From a virus, in the IMG/VR virus record IMGVR_UViG_3300023181_000026, positions 32,001 to 96,000 of that record: DNA of 64,000 bases; one strand, given 5' to 3'. The notes under the pieces were generated by a model. It saw only the letters and a list, made by a program, of their open reading frames with translations, was not told the DNA's origin and made no database searches. This document shows positions 10,701-19,362 of this stretch, one piece after another. Position numbers and translations under genes: made by a program. Position 1 is the first letter of the stretch. Each line of letters opens with the position of its first letter.

Positions 10701-12653
10701 AGCTAAGACAGATTGAGCGTCTACATTAGGAATTATAGCTGTTGCTCCGTCAATATTTAGGGTTTGATTTTCAGGCATTAAGGCTTCTGCATACCTTTGA
10801 GCTTCTTTATAGTCTTTCAAAGCTGACGTATGAGCATCTAAAGCTTCCTGTTTTATTTGAGTAGCCTCTTCTACACTTACATTTAACTGTTCCGATAATT
10901 CATTAATATCTAATTCATTTATAGATGATATAAAGTTTTCAGATGAGTTATCTAAAAGCCCCATTTTATCATCTAATTGTAATTTAGAGAATACAGCTAG
11001 ATTCAATTCCTGATTTGCTATTACCCCATCTTGTATACTATTAGCTATTTTTCCTCTAGCTGCTTTTTGTACATTTGCAGTTTTAAACTTTTCTAGTAAG
11101 TTATAATTTGAGTTTGTAGTTTGCCAAGTGGCTATGTCGGACTGAGCATCTACAGCTTTTTGATAATCTCTTATTCCAAAACCGCTTTTAACATTCGATA
11201 GTCCTCCTATAAGTGAGCCAATAAGAACTTCTTCTAGTCCTTCTTTAGTTCCATAAGTTTGTGCTAAAGATTTTTGTAAAGCGTCCATAGTAGAAAAACT
11301 ATCCTGCACAGCATTTGCATCATACTTTGATTCTAAATACCTTTGTCCAAAATTACCTAAAACAGATTGTCCTCCCTCTTCTATTACACCTTCTCTAATT
11401 GGAGATTTTAAGACATTTAAACTTGTTCCTAGTATTCTCTGCACTCTTGTAGGATTTATTGCTCTATAAGTATCTACAACACCCTCTAAAACCCTTTCTG
11501 TACCTATGCCCAAAGTTCTATTAAACCCTCTTTGTAATCCTCTGGTAGACAAAAATGACCCTACTCCAAAGAGATTTCCAAACTGAGCAATATTTGATCC
11601 TCCCACTAAAGCTACATTCGCAGCAAATAAAGTATTTGAACTTACTGTTGCTTCATCTCTGAATCTTGCCATTTCTTCTCCTGAAGGTGTCCCTCCAAAA
11701 GTATTTGAATAATAATCTAAATAATTTTTTTCAGCTTCTTTAAGAAAATGTCTTGCTTCTACTCCTGCTTCATAACCTGCTGAAGTATATAAGAACCTTG
11801 CGTTGTTAAACGCTTTAAGAGCTCTACTTGTAGGAACAGTTCTTTGGTAGGCATTCATCATCGAAGTTATAGAATGAAGAACTTTATTTTCATTTCTTAT
11901 GGCCGAAGCCCCTCCTCTCAAAAGTGCTCTTGATCCTGCTGTAGCTAAAGATGTACCTCCTGTAGCTGCTGCCCATATTCCTTCTGAGATTAAAGTACCT
12001 GTTACAAAAGACATACCCCCTAAGACTTTATCAGCCCAAAAGTTAGTTGTAGCTAAATTTGAAATTAAAGAGTTATTTTTTTCTTGTTCTGAATAGTAGT
12101 TAGGTAAATCTATGTCTAACTTAGTATTTACGTCATCTATCCATTTAGCAAAATCATTATTGTATATTGCATTGAACGTTCCTGTACTTATCCCCTCTAA
12201 TAGTCCGTTAACTGTACCTACAGTAGCATCTAATACATTAACTCCTGTTTTGGTTACAAATTTACCTACGCCGTTCAAAAGTTTCTCTCCTGCTCCTTGT
12301 TGTAATGCTAATCTATTTTCATTATTAACTCCTGACATATAATTCTCAAATCGGGCTTTATAAGTACCGTCATTAAGCTGTACATAGGCTTGGTCAATAT
12401 TTCTATCCCAAACTTCTAAAGCTGGTTTTTTAGTTGTGGTTGTATCCCACATACTTCCAGAGTCTGTAGAGAGAAGAGATTTTGATAAATCAATCTTATT
12501 TGGATTATACTTTCTTTGAATATCTTGCGCCACTCTTAAAGACCCATCGCCTAAAGGTGAGGCAATAGTGGCAGGTTCCACAGGATTTGTATTGAACTGA
12601 GTAGGAAAGTCGAAAGCAGGTATTCCTGCATTTAAGTTTTGGATTTCGTCCAT
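7752..12653 (-). CDS. Giant virion cargo/ejection-type protein (1633 aa)
   Basis: Gly/Ala-rich amphipathic segments in the N-terminal third, long coiled-coil middle, position in the crAss-like cargo cluster. Confidence 0.75.
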   Translation of the reverse strand: MDEIQNLNAGIPAFDFPTQFNTNPVEPATIASPLGDGSLRVAQDIQRKYNPNKIDLSKSLLSTDSGSMWDTTTTKKPALEVWDRNIDQAYVQLNDGTYKARFENYMSGVNNENRLALQQGAGEKLLNGVGKFVTKTGVNVLDATVGTVNGLLEGISTGTFNAIYNNDFAKWIDDVNTKLDIDLPNYYSEQEKNNSLISNLATTNFWADKVLGGMSFVTGTLISEGIWAAATGGTSLATAGSRALLRGGASAIRNENKVLHSITSMMNAYQRTVPTSRALKAFNNARFLYTSAGYEAGVEARHFLKEAEKNYLDYYSNTFGGTPSGEEMARFRDEATVSSNTLFAANVALVGGSNIAQFGNLFGVGSFLSTRGLQRGFNRTLGIGTERVLEGVVDTYRAINPTRVQRILGTSLNVLKSPIREGVIEEGGQSVLGNFGQRYLESKYDANAVQDSFSTMDALQKSLAQTYGTKEGLEEVLIGSLIGGLSNVKSGFGIRDYQKAVDAQSDIATWQTTNSNYNLLEKFKTANVQKAARGKIANSIQDGVIANQELNLAVFSKLQLDDKMGLLDNSSENFISSINELDINELSEQLNVSVEEATQIKQEALDAHTSALKDYKEAQRYAEALMPENQTLNIDGATAIIPNVDAQSVLALNIYMGRNSDRLARSYAKGISDIIGNEGAASALSLENSLQAKEVNKSKEVKSLTRQLEILDRDLNSRNEELIRIASRPRTEQGDARLQAFENRRQELLLAEERDSKRRNEINSELEAIAQDINQVRKAKRIANQEFANIFDDESVNAEKLVEATNNLRSLSETLDAWRRNGQESSAEGVGYMIDQYDKAQKAFVNANETFNKLSNPALRKAEIKTIFSPILNKFKKKGADISDYQKAEQEIYQQLRNQYNEFKVIVDNANTEIQSPQAKINLAEEGDSLPPIEQQVPTELTAEIEETYNTRREELLSQQQIELTQTEGLLENSEEYAQIQERHIQQLNALEQQRDEELFQNSGITLNTPQTLRERLQSIVDDILQNRRDVEELSTPLKRPSQQEMDEYKKLYDRNRRSVNGLREKDSQRFNQLKDRLNTYGRAVGTVEGGVVLADILEQIATLDEVNNNQTESLPVNNTNTEEIQASLTLAGGRRDTANKTQYWEKSEFRVLENGTYSITGINLQGLVDIVAKDNLVGILNNKPNKRNNRKQVSGLLTGENYNVGDRFIIQFEDGTEINVTIGQTKGLEINAAGISILNESTRFKAIPSTNLGTNYQPLLIELNRNATVTPLEINNSNFELEPGLTFTDFTNKPDDTETSLFVSNRNEFNKDLIQKFRAGAISMQELQNNISIYVMSEEGEVGGVLKSVPREIFEDGNYLELSQIRKIATQRALESNLENDLIDVQISVPIDRNSSYFGKPNFNLILDKSTGILATELLPISNKALEKIVDVGYISNEKLTLKVNEKGVNTTFVKRMSRGRKFPIVVFNYNGSKVAYPVSMNEIEIDKVGEFDNLLNADLPINEKVKGLNQYLSENNIDSNNLENGFYYISGQTNLNDPDHLDSIRDQLSSQSSYNNFEDWVNESTIETAKQLLQQQASINIDITDKPFHSPKLALKLKERVIIGQTANPTNTIVEETTNMAQKEIQDNTCA

Positions 12654-12655
12654 AT

Positions 12656-15289
12656 TTATTCTTGTAATGTGCTTAAAACATTATCTATTTGGTTTGGATT
12701 CTGTGACAAATACCTTAACATAGCATCGCTGGCAGTAATCTGAGGGAATTGTTTAACATATAAATTGACTTGTTCGTTGTTTTCTTCTGTTCCCCCATCA
12801 TTTCGGTAAAGTTGTGTTTTACCTACCCCATTAAGATTTACAGCTACTTTCCATCTTCCTTTTTCTACATCTGCTCTCACTTCAATCTTATCTCCATTGG
12901 CTTCCATAAGATCAACTAATTGATTTATCTTTTGCGGAGCCACTCTTCCCTGTAATGCTGTATTGAAAATTTGTTTTGTAGTGGAGGTATTCAAATAATT
13001 AACTGGGTTAACTCCTGAGGTTAGAGGTGTTCCTCCTGTTCTTTGTTGTATATATTGAGCAGAATTTGTTAATATATCTGAGGAAGTTTCATCTATATAC
13101 TCTATACCATTACTCTTAATAGTAGGTGTATCTGCGCTTAATGGACTTCTCCTTGCTGCCGCTAAATCTAATTTTCCTGCTATGTATCTATAAGCGTCTG
13201 AATCTGTTGAGATATCCACATATCTAGGAGCCCCTGCAAATATACCGCCTTCTTTTCTCCCCTCTGTTGCTTGAGTAACTCTTAGGCTTCCATCACTATT
13301 CTTATTAATAGTTATTGGATTTTTAGGGGTAAACACAAAACCTCCTGTATCTTGTGGTATCATACTCACAAAAGCTTCTCTTTCTTTTTCATTAGTTAGA
13401 TTAGCTGAGTATGTTCTATTAAATCCTGCATACCCCCTATTCTTAAGATTTTGTTGTATAGTTGCCTGAGTATCTTCATACGGACTTCTTACAGTAGTTA
13501 TTCCATTTCTGAAATCGAAATTTCTTCTTCTTCCTGTATTTATGTCAAAATTAATTAACCCTCTCTCTTCTTCTGATTCTCCTGCGAAATTAAATAGGTC
13601 GATATTTCTTGTTACAGTTGAATACTTTTGAAGTAAATCTGCGGCTCTTCTTTTAATTGCTATACTTGTGCCTGGACTTGCAAGGCTTTCAGGAGATATT
13701 TTATTGTTAGTAAGGAAAGTTCTAACATCTGGTTCATTTCTTAAAGAGTCTAATCCTCTATAATATTGGGATGCATTAGAGGCGAACGCTCCTGTTATTG
13801 CTTCATCTTTTGATTTCTGAATGTTGACAGCTATATTATCTTTTTCAGTTCTTAGGTTTTCTATTGTTCCTGCCTCTTGTGGGTTAGACTGTTTAAATAT
13901 TTTATTGAATGCGAGATAATTTGCATTGGATTCCGTTTGACCTTGTTGTTTGTATTTAGCTTTTTCTGCATCAAATAATTGTCTTTGATCATCATTAGCT
14001 TGTCTATAAACTGCCGTTACAGTTTGATTAAGTCCTTGGGCTAAAGTATTGTACTCATTTGTTGCATCTGCTACAGGGTCTATTTCCTGAGCTATTGCCC
14101 CTACTGCTGGATTAACTGCTATTCCTAAAGTGGGGTCTGGATTAAGTTCAGATTGCATTTTAGCAATTTCAAGTTGTGTCTTAACCATTCCTAATTCGGA
14201 CTCTCTTTGCTGTCTTGCTTCTCTACTATAGTCTAGCTCTAGATTTTTTTGCGCATAGAAGGCTGTATCTGTTTCATATTCTACACTCTCTCTCGCACCC
14301 GCTATCTGAGAGAAATTATTCATCCATCTATTGGTTTCTATAAATCCTCCTAAAGAAGCAGTATCATTAACATTTATTTGAGTTATCTCCGAATTGAAAG
14401 ATTCTTTTTGATTCAATAAAGCTTGTTTTTGTCTGGAATACATTGCTCTTTGTTTTTTAGAAAGACCCGAAGTGCCTTCTCCTATAGTTGCTGTTTGTAT
14501 TCCTCTGTCTAAGGCATTATTCCTATCTGTAACATAGGTGTCAAATACTGTTTGAGCTGTGGTTAATCCACCTTGTCCTTGATATTGCCCCCACCCATCT
14601 ATTTGAAGTTGTTGTTTTACTTCTGTAGGTACTAAATTAGGTAAATAAGCTTGTATTTCTTCTGAAGTAAGTCCTTTTATACTTCTACGTTGTATTCTTC
14701 TGTTTCCTTGTGCGTCTGTTACAGGCACTTCTATTACTTGGTCTCCTTTAGTTTCCTTAAGATCTTTTACAATAGCTAACATAGCTTTGTTTTTATCAAC
14801 ATATGGTGTGTAAACTCCTCCTTGATATCCAACACCTGCATTTGGATTTGAAAGCCATTGTTGAGCTCCTCTTAAAGCAAATGCCTCATTTAAAGGATTA
14901 TACTTATCAATCTCTTTTGTTCTGAAGTAGTCTATATTTGATTGCAGCTTTCTGAAGTTTTGGGTTGATGCTGCTGCTGTAATAACTTTATCGTCTATAG
15001 CTCTTTTGATATTACCCTGAATAAGCCCTGTAATATTTTGAGAAGAGTAGTCGGCACCTTCTAAAGAATTTATTTGATTAACCATATTAGTTAGATTATT
15101 AGCTAAATGTTCTTTATCAACATCTTTAGCCAAGTCTATCTGTGCGTACTGGTCTATTTGATTTTGTAATTTCTCTACGTTTTGATTTATTGCTCCTTGT
15201 TTAAATTCTAAAGCCTTAGAGACTAACTCAAAATTATAAGTCGGTAAGGGGTTTTGGTAGGTTAATGGAGTACTCAGATAATTTGCCAT
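12656..15289 (-). CDS. Large virion cargo/ejection-type protein (about 877 aa)
   Basis: The track's TTG start at 15322 falls inside the TAnnTTTG promoter box; the ATG at 15289 (MANYLSTP) is the better start. Confidence 0.75.
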   Translation of the reverse strand: MANYLSTPLTYQNPLPTYNFELVSKALEFKQGAINQNVEKLQNQIDQYAQIDLAKDVDKEHLANNLTNMVNQINSLEGADYSSQNITGLIQGNIKRAIDDKVITAAASTQNFRKLQSNIDYFRTKEIDKYNPLNEAFALRGAQQWLSNPNAGVGYQGGVYTPYVDKNKAMLAIVKDLKETKGDQVIEVPVTDAQGNRRIQRRSIKGLTSEEIQAYLPNLVPTEVKQQLQIDGWGQYQGQGGLTTAQTVFDTYVTDRNNALDRGIQTATIGEGTSGLSKKQRAMYSRQKQALLNQKESFNSEITQINVNDTASLGGFIETNRWMNNFSQIAGARESVEYETDTAFYAQKNLELDYSREARQQRESELGMVKTQLEIAKMQSELNPDPTLGIAVNPAVGAIAQEIDPVADATNEYNTLAQGLNQTVTAVYRQANDDQRQLFDAEKAKYKQQGQTESNANYLAFNKIFKQSNPQEAGTIENLRTEKDNIAVNIQKSKDEAITGAFASNASQYYRGLDSLRNEPDVRTFLTNNKISPESLASPGTSIAIKRRAADLLQKYSTVTRNIDLFNFAGESEEERGLINFDINTGRRRNFDFRNGITTVRSPYEDTQATIQQNLKNRGYAGFNRTYSANLTNEKEREAFVSMIPQDTGGFVFTPKNPITINKNSDGSLRVTQATEGRKEGGIFAGAPRYVDISTDSDAYRYIAGKLDLAAARRSPLSADTPTIKSNGIEYIDETSSDILTNSAQYIQQRTGGTPLTSGVNPVNYLNTSTTKQIFNTALQGRVAPQKINQLVDLMEANGDKIEVRADVEKGRWKVAVNLNGVGKTQLYRNDGGTEENNEQVNLYVKQFPQITASDAMLRYLSQNPNQIDNVLSTLQE

Positions 15290-15319
15290 AGTTGTAATAA
15301 AAGATAAAACCTTCTCATA

Positions 15320-15362
15320 CAAAAGTACAAAAAGGTTTTAAGTAATTAAAATAGTTAAGAAT
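15320..15362 (-). promoter_or_regulatory. Bacteroidota sigma-type promoter with upstream ATTCTTAAC element
   Basis: TACTTTTG at 15327-15320, TTTA at 15350-15347 (19-nt spacer), ATTCTTAAC at 15362-15354. Confidence 0.7.
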
Positions 15363-15437
15363 AGGTATTAATTAAGGTAACTATATAAATATTATTTTAA
15401 TATGCCAAATAAAAAGCGTCTAAATTTTAAAATTTAA

Positions 15438-18400
15438 CTATCTTTTAGCATCTGCTTTTCCTCTCGCTTGAGCATAAGACTTGTTATATGTACTTGCTTG
15501 AGTCGGAGCTACAGTGTTTGGTATTATTCCGTTTTGAACAAGTAACTGTGGGGTTACCCCATTAAGTACTACCTGACCATTTGAATCCAAAGTTACATTT
15601 TGAAATAGGCTTGATAGCGTTCTAGCCTGATTGTTTTGTTGAGTATTTAAAGCATTCACTTGATTATTATATTGATACCAATTATTTAAGCTTTGCTCTT
15701 GATTATTCAAGGCTTGAAATGCTCGTTGTTCGTACAAATCTCTTTCTTGATTATCTATAATACCATATTGATTGAACAATTGTGTATTCATATTTGAAGT
15801 CCTTGCTAATTCTTGTTGATTTTGAACATTTGTTTGTCCTATAACTTGCCCTACATTATCCTGAACAGAGGCTGATATTTGAGTTAAAGCTGCTGCTCTT
15901 TGTGCAGGAGAAAGCCCATTTAGTTGATTAACTGCGGCTGTTTCTTGATTGTATAAAGCTTGAACTTGTGACTCATATCCTAATAAAGTTGCTTCATAAT
16001 TTCTATATTGTGCATCGGGCATTCTATTAGGTTGAAGGGGACTTGGAGCAGGAAGTGTCTGATCTATTAAGTCCAAACCTGCAAATTGATTAGTTGGTGT
16101 TCTAGGGATGTTTATTTGTGTATTATTAGCTTCTTCAGTTGTCTGATTTTGTCCTATGGCTGTAGTTGGCACCGCGCCTAAATAAAAATCACCTTTCAAA
16201 TTATTACTTTCTACATATTTTTTATAAAGTTCTGGATTCTGAGCTCTTAATTGACTTGAAGTGTTTATACCTTGCTGTCTTAATCTTTGTAGCTCGTCTT
16301 GAGGGATTATATCCACAGAGAAGTTAGGTCTTGACAAAGTAAAGTTACCAGCTTTAGAGTCATACCCCCTTATAGTATCTCCTTCTACAAACATTTGATT
16401 TCTCACTTGTGAAGATAAATTTTGATATTCAGGAGAAGTTTCTCCATATAATTGAGCGTAGTTACTCAAAATATTTGCATAATTATCATTAACTGCTCTT
16501 TGATAGTCCGCCCAAGTTTTTCCTTCCCGAAGTTGTCCGTTAGAATCAAATATTTGAGCATAAATTTCAGGATGTAAATTTTGTATTTCAGCTACTCTTT
16601 CTCCATAATTAGCTGAACTCACATTTCCGTAGAGTCCTGGAGTAGTTTGAGGCTGGTTACCATACTCAGGAAGTCCGTATTGACTTGGGATTATACCTCC
16701 ATCGGCATATTCTTTTAAGGAAGTTATAATTTCACTGGCTTGTTCCTCTGTAAGATTATGTTTCTTAGCTAAATCTTTTAGTTGATTTCCTGTGTATGTA
16801 CCTCCATTTTCAAATTGAAGCTCTGTAGTATTCCCTTTAAGCTCCTCTTGTTTTTGGAAAAGTTCGTCTGTAAAAGATGCTAATTGTTCATTAAGAGGGT
16901 CTTTAGCTAATTCTGTCTCTTGTATTTGAGTTGCTAAATATTGCTCATTTATAGCATTGGTTTGCTGATCTTCAAGCCCTGTTTTATCTTCTAGTTTTTT
17001 AAATAGCCCTTCTTGTTCTTTGTCTAATTTATTAAGTCCTATTTTATTTTTGTATTTATCTATAGCATCAGCAAAAGTATTATTTGCTTTAACTTCTATA
17101 CCAAACTGTCTTTTTATCTCTCTTGCGTTTTTTCCTCCCAGTTTAAGATTATCTGAAATAACTTTACTTCCCTGTTCTAATGCTAAATCCACTCCTCCTT
17201 GTTTGTGAGAGTCTCCTATAACTTGTTGAACATTACCTTGTGGAGATTGCACGTACTCTCCTCCTTCAACTTCTGCTGTAGGTCTTCCCTGAGATTGATT
17301 TTCTCCGATATAGCTGCCTGTTAAATATTGTTCTTGTGGGATAACTCCCCCATCTTCCATGAATACGTAATCTTCCCCTTCTTTTAAATTATTATAACTA
17401 TCATTCCATACAGCATATCTTCCTGAGTTTTGCCTATTTATTCCTAAAGTGGCAGGATCTTTCAAAAATATCATTTGAACATCTTTATTCCATTCGGGAT
17501 TGTTTCTGCGCTCATCTGTTGAAGTTATATTACCTTGTGCTCTTGCTATATTCTGAAATCTGTCTGTGCCAAATGTTTGAAAATCTGAACTTGGGTATTG
17601 ATTTATTATATTAGATTGAGGTATACCCGAAGATTGTATTAAAGGTTGAGATATTAAATTAGTTGCTGTAACAGGTGGGGTTGTGTCTAAAACAACCCTT
17701 TGATTAGGTTTGGCATATACATTTACAGATTGTCTATCTATTCCAAAATAAGCCCCTATTGGTTTGACTCTTTGATCATTGGAAAAAACTCCAGAAATAT
17801 ATTCCCCTTTTCCTGTGGTGTTTATATACCTCTTAGCGTTTATTACATCTTTGGCTGTACTATTATATGCATTTAAGCTGTCTTGGTAGGCTCTATATCT
17901 TGGGTCGTTTCTGTCCGTCACTGTTATAACTGGGGGATCTATTTCTCCTCCATTTTCGAAAGAACTTAAAGGTACAAAGTCTTGTTGATTTTGACGGTTG
18001 AAATAATTTGTCATAGAATCATTCTGAACATTTTGATAAGCTGCTCCTTGTAAACCTGTTCTTAAAAGAGATGCTAAGGTTGCTCCACCTGCGGCTATTC
18101 CTCTAACAGTATTTGCATTTCTACTTTGTTGACTAGCGTAAGGATTGTTATTATTAAATGCTATAGACTGACCTAACTTAAAAGTTGAGGTTTCTGTACT
18201 CACTGGAGCAAAGGCTCTGCTAAATGCATTTAAGTAGCTCAGAGTATTATTATTGTTTGATTGCTGAGGATTAAACAAACTTGCATCAAAATTAACAACT
18301 TGTCCTGTTTGTGCATCACTATACATACCTGCGTTTTCAGGTATTTGAGACATGCTATTTTGTAAAGGATCCTGTTGTGGAGAATAAGAAAAGTCCTCAG

Positions 18401-18554
18401 AATTATTCCATTGATTTTGTTCAGGTGCTCGCCAAACTTGTTGAGTGAAAGGTTGCATCTGGTTATTAGGTAGAGTCGTATTAGTATTTATATTAAAAGG
18501 CTGATTTTGTTGCTGTTGCCACTGATATAGCATTTGAAGAAATTGTTCATTCAT
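15438..18554 (-). CDS. Modular virion cargo protein (1038 aa)
   Basis: AEVEGGE...GDSHKQGG core resembling crAss-like cargo proteins; Q/N-rich N-terminus; four [FMY]-[EA]-[ND]-G-G motifs. Confidence 0.7.
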   Translation of the reverse strand: MNEQFLQMLYQWQQQQNQPFNINTNTTLPNNQMQPFTQQVWRAPEQNQWNNSEDFSYSPQQDPLQNSMSQIPENAGMYSDAQTGQVVNFDASLFNPQQSNNNNTLSYLNAFSRAFAPVSTETSTFKLGQSIAFNNNNPYASQQSRNANTVRGIAAGGATLASLLRTGLQGAAYQNVQNDSMTNYFNRQNQQDFVPLSSFENGGEIDPPVITVTDRNDPRYRAYQDSLNAYNSTAKDVINAKRYINTTGKGEYISGVFSNDQRVKPIGAYFGIDRQSVNVYAKPNQRVVLDTTPPVTATNLISQPLIQSSGIPQSNIINQYPSSDFQTFGTDRFQNIARAQGNITSTDERRNNPEWNKDVQMIFLKDPATLGINRQNSGRYAVWNDSYNNLKEGEDYVFMEDGGVIPQEQYLTGSYIGENQSQGRPTAEVEGGEYVQSPQGNVQQVIGDSHKQGGVDLALEQGSKVISDNLKLGGKNAREIKRQFGIEVKANNTFADAIDKYKNKIGLNKLDKEQEGLFKKLEDKTGLEDQQTNAINEQYLATQIQETELAKDPLNEQLASFTDELFQKQEELKGNTTELQFENGGTYTGNQLKDLAKKHNLTEEQASEIITSLKEYADGGIIPSQYGLPEYGNQPQTTPGLYGNVSSANYGERVAEIQNLHPEIYAQIFDSNGQLREGKTWADYQRAVNDNYANILSNYAQLYGETSPEYQNLSSQVRNQMFVEGDTIRGYDSKAGNFTLSRPNFSVDIIPQDELQRLRQQGINTSSQLRAQNPELYKKYVESNNLKGDFYLGAVPTTAIGQNQTTEEANNTQINIPRTPTNQFAGLDLIDQTLPAPSPLQPNRMPDAQYRNYEATLLGYESQVQALYNQETAAVNQLNGLSPAQRAAALTQISASVQDNVGQVIGQTNVQNQQELARTSNMNTQLFNQYGIIDNQERDLYEQRAFQALNNQEQSLNNWYQYNNQVNALNTQQNNQARTLSSLFQNVTLDSNGQVVLNGVTPQLLVQNGIIPNTVAPTQASTYNKSYAQARGKADAKR
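17935..17961. repeat. 27-nt exact direct repeat, copy 1 (encodes FENGGEIDP on the minus strand)
   Basis: ggatctatttctcctccattttcgaaa is identical to 19137-19163. Confidence 0.95.
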
Positions 18555-18556
18555 TT

Positions 18557-19309
18557 TTAAGTGTAGTTAATGTTTACTGGTAAACTTGTGTAAACCATTT
18601 TATTTAATATTTGTTCTAGTCCTCTATCATCAAATAATTCTATTAATTCGTCAATTTGAGGCTCTTTTCCATTATACTTCTCTAAATAGTTTTCAATATC
18701 TTCAGGTGTTACTTTCTGATTAGGCTTAAATCCTGCATCTCTTCTTAAAACTTGAAGACGTGAATGTACTTCATCGGGGTTGCTTAAGTAATTATAACTT
18801 TTTTGATAGTTTTCGGGTAAAAATTCTTTCTTTATGATATTATCCCTGACTACTTTGGAGTGTATTTTATTTATGTCTTCATTAAAATTCTGCAACTTGT
18901 GATTTGCTTCATGTAAATATATGTTAGGAGTGTCATTAATCATTAGTATCTCTCCTGTGTTTTTGTTATATCCTCCTCTTGCTCTTGGATTACCCGATAT
19001 ATCTTTCACCATAACAGGATCAGGCAGATTATTGGCAATTTTTACTATATTTTCTCTATCTATGTCATATTTGTCATTAACTTGCCTATTGACATACCAA
19101 TTTCTTAACCATTCTTTTTCCGCTTTATACTTCGGTGGATCTATTTCTCCTCCATTTTCGAAATTAGGTAATAGCTCATTTATAAAATTGTACTTATTGA
19201 TTTTTTCTTTAAGAGATTGAACAATTAAATCATCGCTGTAATCTATTTCTTTGTCTTTTATCTGATTTGCCATAAAAGGCTTTCCATTTTTAAAATCTTT
19301 ATATCTCAC
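18557..19309 (-). CDS. Zincin-like metallopeptidase domain protein
   Basis: IYLHEANH (HExxH, 18899-18913) plus downstream NPDEVHSR glutamate; GTG start. Confidence 0.75.
   Translation of the reverse strand: MRYKDFKNGKPFMANQIKDKEIDYSDDLIVQSLKEKINKYNFINELLPNFENGGEIDPPKYKAEKEWLRNWYVNRQVNDKYDIDRENIVKIANNLPDPVMVKDISGNPRARGGYNKNTGEILMINDTPNIYLHEANHKLQNFNEDINKIHSKVVRDNIIKKEFLPENYQKSYNYLSNPDEVHSRLQVLRRDAGFKPNQKVTPEDIENYLEKYNGKEPQIDELIELFDDRGLEQILNKMVYTSLPVNINYT
19137..19163. repeat. 27-nt exact direct repeat, copy 2
   Basis: Identical to 17935-17961. Confidence 0.95.
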
Positions 19310-19314
19310 GTTTA

Positions 19315-19345
19315 CAAATTTAATGATTTGTTATATAGCCTCAAA
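19315..19345 (-). promoter_or_regulatory. Bacteroidota sigma-type promoter
   Basis: TAAATTTG at 19322-19315, TTTG at 19345-19342, 19-nt spacer, directly upstream of the GTG start at 19309. Confidence 0.75.
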
Positions 19346-19362
19346 AAAGTTAATAGTGTGTG

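Noticed and set aside
1-15289. Calling the giant proteins virion RNA polymerase subunits, as in phi14:2/crAssphage
   Set aside because: I saw no DxDxD catalytic motif in context; ETDSDGNH near 2770 lacks the RNAP surroundings. The polymerase could lie beyond the window edge.
5300-15440. TAG stop-codon reassignment, known in some crAss-like phages
   Set aside because: Long ORFs are intact under code 11, and reading through the TAG stops at 5300 and 15438 meets another stop within about 25 codons.
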